Shown in pieces: positions 53,229 to 64,000 of a stretch of 64,000 nt of DNA. Source of the DNA: Octopus sinensis (lineage: Eukaryota); contig NC_043012.1 of assembly GCF_006345805.1 (NCBI RefSeq), forward strand, positions 12,152,001-12,216,000. Reading direction: 5' to 3'. Within the stretch, counting starts at the first letter, position 1; every line of letters begins with the position of its first letter. The position numbers and the translations under genes were made by a program. Below the pieces are notes generated by a model that was not told where the DNA came from, made no database searches, and was given only the letters and a program-made list of their open reading frames with translations.

Positions 53229-53383
53229 AAGGCCTTCTGTCACTTTCTGTCTATTAAATCCTCTTAGGAGTCTTTGATGACGCCAGAGCTATAGTAGAAA
53301 AGTCTCATACAATGTACCATGCAGTGGAACTGAACTCAGAGGTATGTGGTTTAGAAGAAATCTTCTAACCACACAGTCACTCC
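52762..53383 (-). mobile_element. SINE family A, diverged, expanded internal microsatellite
   Basis: tgctggagcaccgcc..accggttgtcaa..ctatagtaga..gcagtggaactgaac..ccacacag. Confidence 0.82.
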
Positions 53384-54312
53384 AATATTCGTTCCTCTAG
53401 TTTCATAAACACGTGTATCTTCTTCCCAACGAAATTTAGTTAAATATCAACAACACATTAAAAAACTACCAACGAAAACGGTGGTTAAAATTTGGCAAAA
53501 ATTGTAAGATGTGTAGGCATCATCATCTAAATATTCCACATGGTAATTTAAAATCATGCTACTGTTGACTATAAGTTTTATTGTCCAGGTGCCGACAAAT
53601 TCGCCTCCAGTCATCAGTTTAGATATATTCAATGTTCTGACCAATAAACGTGTGATCTTTAGCCAATAGAATAGATTGTAATTCCTTCTCACCACAGAGA
53701 AAATGAGAATTATTTTCTGAATGCGGTATTAGAATTTCCTGTTCTTTGAAGTATATTTAATTGAATTTTGTCAAGGAACACGATCAGTAAGTGTATAAGA
53801 GCTAATGAAAGAGCATAAAAATGGTCATTTCCTCAGCTAGTGATAGAAGCCAAATTCACTCTGCTTACACATTGACGTCTATACATTTAAGTGCGTAATT
53901 AAATTTCATAGTCTTTCTTATAATAATGGTAATTACCTCTCTCAACATAAAATTGACATTTTCTGCTTATACAATTACTTTTTCAGTATCTCCTGTTGGT
54001 ACGGTTTTCATATCCATCAATAAAAAAGTTTCAAGCGATATTTGATGAAAATATGTCTTCACTTCTCGCTGCATAAAGAGAGGTTTTTGCAAAACCGTGA
54101 GGTTAAAAGTGCTTTCTGCAGTTAGCGGTAATAACATTTTCGATGGATATATCTACTTTTCGAGTTCATAAACCTTAAACGAATAACATGAGGCACTGTA
54201 ATGCTAGATATATAAAAAACGAGAAGTTATGATCCTGAATGAAATTTGATCCTAGGCCTGCAAAACCAAGATTATTCTAAGCTTAACAACAGCAACAACA
54301 ACAACAGCAGCA

Positions 54313-54680
54313 GTGGAGGCGCAATGGCCCAATGGTTAGGGCAGCGGACTCGCGGTCGGAGGATCGTGGTTTCGATTCCCAGACGGGGCGTTGTGTGTGT
54401 TTATTGAGCAAAAACACCTAAAGCTCCACGATGCTCTGGCAAGGGGTGGTGGCGACCCATTTTGTACTCTTTCGCCCCAACTTGCTCTCGCTTTTTCTGC
54501 CTGTTTCCTGTCCCCGACTTCCTACACAACCGCTGAGCCTGGATGCGCATTCATCCATCCGTCGATGCTCTCGGTGTCGGGGGTTGACTTGCTTTTTCTT
54601 CTGCGGGCCTTACGAATAGCAAAGGACCATGTTTCGGACTTCTCCCATCTTTTGAGCTCTGGGACGAAGACCGTTCGCGC
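54313..54680 (+). mobile_element. SINE family B, tail type 4, inserted in (CAA/CAG)n
   Basis: Same head as 36364 and 4664; different 3' half; flanked by aacagcaac repeats. Confidence 0.88.
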
Positions 54681-54684
54681 AACA

Positions 54685-54721
<37 letters not shown>

Positions 54722-57052
54722 CAGTAACAACAGCTTTGAATACTTTGCTAGCATTAGAATCCTTACAGTTAACAAATCATCTATTGTAATAGATTTTCAC
54801 TCTAGCTAGTAGCCTTATTAATGGTAATCATAAGTCAATATTAACTCATATACAGGAAAAAAACGTGCATGAACCACCGCACTTACATATTTGACATACA
54901 TACATATTTATACACATATAGACGCTTAGGGGACAAAAGTATTTTTCTTTCTATTGTTGTCATACGCGAAGCTGCAAATAGCATGAAATTTGCTGGATTT
55001 TAAAATTTTCTAACTTACGTGTGGTCCAGTAAATTCTGTGATAAAATATAAATTGCAAATCGAGAAATAATCTCACGTATGTATAAAAAAAATAAGTAAG
55101 GTATACAGCTTGCTTTTCGGTACTGATAGTACGTCCGTGGCAAATAACGAATTTTTAGCCAGCGACCGAACTGTTTGCGGTACCGGTGTAATTTCGAACA
55201 ATTAGTTCTGGCCTTTTTTTATGTTCCAATGTAGGTTCTAACTATTCGTCTTGTGCTTAAAGGAAGAATTAGGTATATAATATGAATCATTGTTGCTTCT
55301 ACTTCGTCTGCTGATATTATAGATATCAGTGATATCCTTTATTTTTTGGTCGCTTAAGGTTTGTGAAGGCCGTTATCAAAAAACGAGGTCCATAATTTAT
55401 CGCAATATACAGTTAGATAAATGCCACAACCTGTTAATTTCCATCACGAAGATTTTCAACACTATTCCAATTCCATAACAATTACCCATATCAATTTGAA
55501 AAGGAGTATCTAACTCGAAATATTATGCAGCAAAATGTATGTCTACCTGTGAGTGTGTGTTGTTTTTTTTATTTGTGTGTGCGCTTGTACATAACAAACA
55601 TGTCCCTATTTGTTTAAAGAAAATGTTGCATTGTAAGGCTTTTTTAATGATACATACTGGTACTTAGACACATACATATATTTGTGTATCTATATGTATT
55701 TGTATGTATGTACACGTGTGTATATATACGTGTATATATATATATATATATATATATCCGTGTGTGTGTGTGTGTGTGTATCTGTGTGTGCGTGTGTACG
55801 CATTTCTTTCTCTTCCGCTCCCTCACTCTATCGTATATACACGATAGGTAATAAAATAAACATTCCCGCATTCATATTTACAGTCACAACAATTCTTGCA
55901 TTCATACATGGATGCTCATTCACATACAAATACACTTGCACTCAGACATGGACATACAAAGAGAAGCAGTATTGAACGTCTAAAGCAAGGGAAGAATGCA
56001 AATACATCGTTACACGAAATGAACAGAGTAAGTAATTTGATGGCCGTCACAGCAAAGGTACACATTGAGCTCGCTTGATTAATTTCTCTTGCAATTTGAT
56101 GGCAGCATACCGGAAGCTAAGCAAGTGTAGTTCTCATCCCATGTTGCCAAAATGGCCGTCCATTTCTGCAATCTTCTTGGCAAATATTTCAATGGCTTCT
56201 CTGGCAAATGGCATTCATTCTGTGATAGCTTACAAGATTGACAAATAGGACCATGTATGTATTGTACAAATGCGCACACAAATAAAAAATACAGTCACAC
56301 GTAAATTTACACTCACACGTAGACATTCATATATACATACGCCAATTACAAGCACATGTATGCTTGTGAATATATTGTGGTATATACGTATATACATCTC
56401 TCTCAAGCCATTTCTCTTTATATGTCATTGTTTCTCTCCATATACATACATATATGCATACAATTGGTGCAATACATACACCACACACAAATAGATTCAT
56501 ACGTATACATGTATGCATGAAGGTTTATGCGTGTATATATTGAAGTATATATAGACAGAGACAGAGAGAGAAAGAGTCACATGTAATTAGAAAGACACAG
56601 ATTCCCCTCTCCCAATCTCTCTCTGAATAAATCCCTCATTCAAATACATACATGCATATTTATTTATAGATATATATATATATGCACATGTACGCATATG
56701 CACACACACATACGCGCGCATGCACACATTTGAAGGAGCTGAGATATAAAAAGAGAATGAGTAAAAAATATACTAATAAAATATACAAATGAGAAACAAA
56801 TAAGCAGTTAGTAAAACAAAATATAGTAAAGACAAAACCAATACAGAATATAAAAGCAGTACATGGCGAAAGAGAGGAATATGAACGCAAGTAAATGGGC
56901 AGTTTTGGAAGATAACTTATAAACGAGTAATATATTAGACGGTGGACAGAGAGTAAGGGTGTAGGAAGAGGAAGAAGGGAAAGAAAGCCGTGGATAATGG
57001 AGAGAAAGCCATGCTTCAGGGTGAGTAGGAAATTGAGGAGATAGAAAGAGGA

Positions 57053-57094
<42 letters not shown>

Positions 57095-57253
57095 TATATA
57101 GTGAGAGAGATTGAGAGGGAGAGACAGAGATTGCGAGAACGAGAGAAAGAAAATGTTAGCGAGAAGAAGACAAGCTTATAGTAAAGAAAGCACAAAAGGA
57201 AAGAAGAAGCAAAACCAAAATGTTAGTAATGGAGTTGAAGGGGAACATGTTAA

Positions 57254-57295
<42 letters not shown>

Positions 57296-57833
57296 GTCTT
57301 TCTGTTTCTCTCTGACGCTCGGCATATATGATGTATGTAAATATGTGTGTGTGAGTGTGTGTGTGCGTGTATGTGTGTGCCTATACATACAAATGTGTAT
57401 GTGCGTGTATATTAATACACACGTATATATATGCATATATACACACACACACACACGAGGATATGTATGTATGAATGTATGTATATATATATATATATAA
57501 TATATATATATATATACATATGTGTATATGTCTATATGTCTATATATGTGTAGTTATATGAATATACGTTTGTATGTATGCGTGTATGTTCGTATGAACT
57601 CACCCATAGAAATACACATATATTTGTCATTAACATAAATATAATTTCAGGAACAGAGTAAACGCAAATAGCGAAAATGTGTGCTCACTAATAAGACGTT
57701 AGCATGTATCCTACTGTGGTCTGTGCAGGATCTATCTTGACAGAAAACTACTTGTTCATCCGGAAGTGTCTTGTTCAAGGCAGTCTTCAGTCTTTCAAGG
57801 ATAATTTTCATCAATACTTTCCCTAAGAAGGAT

Positions 57834-58532
57834 AGGGGTTATGAGAGCGAACAACAGACAGCAAAACCCAGTGCGACTAGACCAGGATGATATCAAGGGC
57901 GTTGACAGGTTCGTTTACGAGGGCAGTGTAGTCAGTAAAGATGGCGGGATAGATGAGGACATTAAACGCCGAATAAACAAATCCCGACACGCCACCTTGC
58001 GACCAATCTGGAGATCAACATCCTTCTCACTCTAATACAAGATCCGGATCTTCAATGCAAATGTTAAGTCATTTCTACTTTATGGCTCACGAACATAGCG
58101 AGTGACCAAGACTAACACATATAAAACTCCAAACAGTCACTAACAGACGTCTCAGAAACATCGTTAACACCAGGTGGCCAAAGGGCGTTTCCAATGAACA
58201 ACTGGGGGATAGGACGAGACAAGCCCCAATCGAGACAAATATCAAGAAATGAAAATGAGAATGGATAGGCCACACACTACTAAAGCCTGCACCAAATGTC
58301 ATCAAGCAGGCCTGTGACTGGAATCCACAAGGAAAACGAAAAGTGGGCCGACCGAAACAGTCTTGGTGCAGGAGTGTCGACGGAGAGGTGAGGGCAGCGG
58401 GAATAACGTAGGCCGAGCTGAAGAGGATCTTCCTGAACCACGTCCGTTGGAAATTTGTCGTTGCGGCCCTATGTTCCCCGAGGAATCAAGAGGCCTAAGA
58501 AGAAGAAGAAGACGAAGAAGAACAAGAAGAAG
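57834..58532 (+). mobile_element. 5'-truncated RTE-clade LINE (RT C-terminus, pseudogenised) with (AAG)n tail
   Basis: VDRFVYEGSVVSKDGGIDEDIKRRINKSR..KIRIFNANVKSFLLYGS..WIGHTL..DWNPQGKRKVGRPKQSW..RWKFVVAALCSP, with internal stops; (GAA)n tail. Confidence 0.95.
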
Positions 58533-58939
58533 ATTTGTCCGACTGCGTAACGTCTTGGGCCAGTGTATTTAATCCTAGTCTTGTATCGATTCAAATTTGA
58601 AGAGTGGGAATCGCAAAATGGAAACTGTGCAGAAGCTAGTTCGATGGAAATTTTGCAGTAATATAAAGAACTAAACATTTTCATGTATTGTGTAGCACCA
58701 ATGGCATCATGCGTACACGTGTCTGTCGGAATCTCAGCCATATTGCCTTAATTGAACGGGTAGGTATTTCAGTTGATTAAGCAACTGAATGCATATTTTC
58801 GAAACAGACGGAATACCTATAACTCCATCTTATGAAAGAAATGAGACTTGGCTGGGAAGAGAGTGTGACAGAAAAGATATAAAGTAAGGGAAGTAGAGAA
58901 TAGAAAAAAAATAAGGCGGGCGTAGAAGGGAAATAATAA

Positions 58940-58967
58940 ACACGAGCACAGAGAGAGAGAGAGAGAC

Positions 58968-59006
<39 letters not shown>

Positions 59007-59280
59007 AAGACGGACGGAGGGAAAGAGAGGGACGGACACAGAGAGGGAGAGAGCGAGAAACAGAAAGAGACTGCAAGAGACAGAAACAGAGTGTTACAGA
59101 GAAGGAGAGAGTGGAAGAGAAGGGAAGAGACAGACAAAAGGAGAGACAGAAAGAAAGACTGACGGAGGGAGAGAGGGACGGAGAGAGAGATGTAGAGGGA
59201 AAGAGGAAAGAGAGAGAGGCAGAAGAGAAGACAGAGAGGAAGGAAGAGAGGATGACGAACATGGGAGACAAATAGAGAAA
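58940..59280 (+). repeat. (GA)n/(GACA)n purine-rich tract
   Basis: Direct inspection. Confidence 0.9.
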
Positions 59281-59574
59281 TGAGGGTAAAAACCTAAAGA
59301 GATATTAAGAGAGTGTTAGTAAAAATGGCTGGCACACAAATATTTTTCTTTTCTCTAATATAAATTTCATATCGTGGTCATACAAGTATGTGTGCACGCG
59401 CACGCACGCACACGCTCGTAGACGCACATTTATATATGTATTTTGCATATGGATGTATAAAATTTCAACAAATCCATTTACCTAAGATAGATAAATGGAA
59501 AGAAAGACTTAAATTGGAACAGACAAGTATTAAAATACATACCGACGCACGCACAGTTACTTACACAGACATAG

Positions 59575-59880
59575 ACACACACACACACACACACCACACA
59601 CATACATACATACATACATACATACATACATACATACATACGTACGTACGTACGTACGTACGTACGTACATACATACATACGTACATACATACATACATA
59701 CGTACATACATACATACATACATACATAGCTACATACATACACACATACATACATACATATATACATACATACATACATACATATATACATGCATACATA
59801 TATACATTCATACATACATATATACATACATACATACATGTGTGGGTATGTGTGTGTGCGTACATGCATCCATACACACA
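59575..59880 (+). repeat. (CA)n/(TACA)n/(TACG)n microsatellite
   Basis: Direct inspection. Confidence 0.95.
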
Positions 59881-60148
59881 TAAACGTATGTATTTATATA
59901 CAGACACATAAACAAAATATATACTAATGTATATTTGTATGTATAATGCATAATACATACATATGTACGCACATACAGATACACAGATACACATACACAC
60001 ATATATAGTATGCATGTGTTTATGTGTGTGTGTGTGTAGTAAATGTATGTGGTAAGAGAATTAAAGAGGTATAATGAGGAAAATTCAGAAAGCCATCCAG
60101 AAAAATGAAGCAAGAAAAAATACATCCTTTCTGTGATACAAAAAGGAA

Positions 60149-60149
60149 C

Positions 60150-60230
<81 letters not shown>

Positions 60231-60330
60231 GAAGAAAGAAAGGAAGGAAGGAAGGAAGAAAGAAAGGAAGAAAGAAAGGAAGAAAGAAAGAAAAGGAAGG
60301 AAGGAAGGAAGAAAGAAAGAAAGAGAAGCA
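60149..60330 (+). repeat. (GA)n/(GGAA)n/(GAAA)n microsatellite
   Basis: Direct inspection. Confidence 0.95.
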
Positions 60331-61870
60331 GAAAGAATGCCTGACGGATTTGAAAGGAAAGCGATATCGAAAGAAATGCGGAAAAAGAGAGTGGCAGAGA
60401 TTGAAGAAGTCGACATGGCAGGACAGCAAGTGTTTAGAGACACAAACAAGGAATGACGTTACATTTATGTTTATTATATACACAGTTACCGAGTGAGTCA
60501 CCACAGGGTCGCATGATCTGCTAGAGACCAGAGTCAAATATCCATCAAATCAGAACCTACAAAGAATCTAATAAGATATCTAAAAAAAATATCTGTGATA
60601 TTACGAATGAATGTCTTGCCGTTGCAAGACGTCCAGTCCTTGGTTCATCTTCAAGACTCTCCCCACCACTTAAATTCAGATGCCTGCTTTTTCCCTGAAT
60701 AATCTGCCTGTATTTAGTTACGATCTTCCACTTTCTGTTTTCAAACTAGCTGAGGTGTACTTTTAAAATTAATCCTTTCGACGGGGATAAATTATATAAA
60801 AAGAGCCAACCGAGGACAGAGCAGAAATAAAAAAATGTTAATAAATCAAAAGAGAATAGGAATTTATGTAATGAACATAAGCTTGCCGCTGTTTCTGCTT
60901 TAAGATGCAATACATTCATAGTTGAGTGCTTGTATATCACGCTATGGCTTCAGCGCAGCTTCAAAGATGAAATGTAATTTTATGCAGGCAAGTGTTTACA
61001 TTTATATATACACAGAAAGCATTACTTCTGAAAAAGGCACGAGCACGCGCGCGTGTGTGTACGAAGCTTGCATTTACAAGATACATATTCGATTTGTGAC
61101 TAACAGCTCCTTCAGCCATCTTTGTCGTTGAATTTCCTTTTCGGTACACACACACAAGATGAATGCATACTTACGGAAGACACACGTATATTTCACACAC
61201 ATACACAATCTCCTCTGTGGCGTAAAACACACTATGTGCAAACATATCCCAATACAATACAAGCATCAGTGATTCAGCTTCTCTGCTGAAGTCAATTTGC
61301 TCAAGGCTGATCATTACGCTGTTATTTTTAGAGATCTGTAACAAACTTCATTTATTAAACTCCTCTTCATCAACAGCTAATTTGCACAACCGAAAAACGG
61401 TGTCAAACCTGTGTATATGTGTCCTTATTTAACGAAACTACATCGCGTCAAATCATAACGCTTTTAATAATATGCATGTTTCGCTAAAGACACCGGCTTA
61501 GCATTAATTCACTTTGTTCGATAAGCATCTCTTGCAGAAAGACAAGGATATGGTAGAATGGAAAATGTAAGAAAAAGGAAAAAAATCAGATAGGCAGTTT
61601 TTCTCTCCTTTCTTTCTATTACCATATCATTTTTATATTTTCCGTTTTTTTCTCAGTAGATTCCTTTATTACATTATTTTGTTGTTTTTGTTTTGGCATT
61701 CTTGTTTCTTACTTTTATTTCTTTTATACATTCGCTATTAAATCAGTTATATTTACTATTTGTTTTCTTTTTCTGGTTTCCTTTCGTTCAATTTTTTTTT
61801 CTTTTTATGTATTGATCTTATCTGTTTTGCTTTCTCTTTCACTCTCTAATTCTCTGAATCTCATGACATT

Positions 61871-61891
61871 CCTATCTATCTATCTATCTTT

Positions 61892-61963
<72 letters not shown>

Positions 61964-62024
61964 CCTATCTATCTATCTATCTTTTCTATCAATATATCTA
62001 TCTATCTATCTATCTTTTCTATCA

Positions 62025-62080
<56 letters not shown>

Positions 62081-62083
62081 ATC

Positions 62084-62128
<45 letters not shown>

Positions 62129-62129
62129 G

Positions 62130-62179
<50 letters not shown>

Positions 62180-62224
62180 CATCCATCCATCCATCCATCC
62201 ATCCATCCATCCATCCATCCATCC

Positions 62225-62284
<60 letters not shown>

Positions 62285-62315
62285 GTCTGTCTGTCTGTCT
62301 GTTCGTCTGTCTGTC
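61871..62315 (+). repeat. (TATC)n/(CATC)n/(TGTC)n microsatellite
   Basis: Direct inspection. Confidence 0.97.
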
Positions 62316-62769
62316 TTTTTGTATTTCATGCTCTCATCTTCTTTGTTCATTTTTCTTTCAATTTTTCAATCTATTTAGATGTTTTCCTTTTTCCTCTGTA
62401 GATTCTTCTATATCTAGTTTTCTCTCCTTTTCCCCCCTTCTTATCTTAAAAAGTCCTCAACAGTCCTTTATGGTTTTCCTGTAATTTTCTTTCATTTTTC
62501 CTCTCTTCGTGCACTCATTCATTATTCTGCTTCCACATAAAGACTTTCCTCTTCGTTACATGCTGTTTTTTCTCTATCTCACGCTTATTTAAGTCGGGTC
62601 ACATTGAGTGATCCGCGGTTGCGGTTCCTACCACACAAATATTGATCATGTTTATACATCAAACACACGCACACACACAACACACACACACACACCACAC
62701 ACACACACCACACACACCACACACACACACACATACACTCACACACACACACGTGCACACACGTATATA

Positions 62770-62990
62770 GGATGCGCTTCTTTCAGTTGCCGTCAACCAA
62801 ATCCTCCCCCCCCACAAGGCTTTGGTTAACCTGGTTCTATAAGTGAAGACACTTGCCGAAGGTAGGGATCAGTGGACCTTAATCTGCAACCGTATGGGTG
62901 GGAACCTAATTTCTTACCACGCAGCCACGCCTGCGCCAACACAGCCATGCCTGCGCCAATACACCCACTCCTGCACCAACGCAGCCACTC

Positions 62991-62993
<3 letters not shown>
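62770..62993 (-). mobile_element. SINE family A 5' half with 4x reiterated 20-nt head
   Basis: gcttctttcagtt..gaagacacttgcc..cttaccacgcagccacgcctgcgcc followed by three more head copies. Confidence 0.85.
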
Positions 62994-63031
<38 letters not shown>

Positions 63032-64000
63032 CACATACATATACATCTATACACACACGCACGCTCACGCACATATATAAAAAGACAAATGTGAACACAG
63101 GTGCAGAACAAGGTGGAGAAGATTGCACTCGAATACAGGAGATAGAGTAAAACAATATTTATTTAAGCTATATATGTAGAACAATGCAATAATTTATAAG
63201 TATTTATACTTATCCATGCATTGTTCTAAATATTCAAGAATATATGATCGTAGGTACGTGGAACTCTGAGTAGCAGCTTGTGAAGTCTTTTGTCATTTCA
63301 GTCTTAATGAAATATTGCACACACATGCACACACACACACACAAACATTTATGTATCTATAAATTAAGGCAACGATATATTTTTAAATCGATAGATAAGT
63401 GTGTGGTTTGATGTGCGGAGCAATAAACGGGACAGATTGTTTGGTAGATGCATCGTTTGATCGTTTAAAGTTTACGAATGGAATTATTAAATGGTATATA
63501 CAAACGTATTGATTATATAAATAGAGAGATTCAACGATAGATACATGCAGAAATATATTATTAGAAATGTTTGACTGATGTTCTGATGAAGAAATAAACA
63601 TTTGATTATATGGAGAGATAAAAGAAGAGAGGTATAAAATCACGCACACACATATATATATACATACATACACACATACATATATAGATAGAGAGAGAGG
63701 GGAAGAGAGGGAGATAAACTGGGCGCTATGTAGAAAGATAGATAGACGTGCGAATGTCTATAGTTATGTTATTTCGTATGTCTGATCAGAATATAGAACG
63801 TAATGGAATTATTTACTGATGTTGTGAAGGTGCAACTTTAAGCATTTAGTAGAGTCAAATTTATTGATAATTTTGACGTATTTCATACTTCAAGTATCAT
63901 CTTATTGGCTTCAACAAAGCGAATTCCGAATCACCTTTTAGCTCAGCTGAAAACGATTGACCTCTGGTGCACTGTATAGAGTGTACAATTCGGTTGATGA

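Overview
This is AT-rich, repeat-dense eukaryotic DNA, most consistent with an Octopus/cephalopod genome judging by the recurring tRNA-derived SINE families and microsatellite load. That assignment is from recollection, not a search. Nearly all ORF-track entries are microsatellite artefacts. The only credible host coding sequence is a short exon on + (ATG 3661 to GT donor 3750; MPFGSFAEFKGRILYPPTEAAQFAKLSFQ, protein not recognised), so the remaining ~60 kb is probably one long intron. That region holds many SINE copies from about 5 families, remnants of RTE and R4/Dong LINEs, two mariner deletion derivatives (one a fold-back with two 5' ends), a non-autonomous Helitron nested in a SINE, piggyBac and Penelope traces, and micro/minisatellites. 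The most interesting signal is a set of at least five unrelated small non-coding elements carrying minimal hammerhead-ribozyme-like motifs (CUGANGA-stem II-GAAA-palindrome-UH). These include a 3-copy ~200-bp (TA)n-anchored family and two long fold-backs, and they look like Penelope-derived, retrozyme-like elements. No prokaryotic systems (CRISPR, operons), rRNA or intact tRNA genes are supported.
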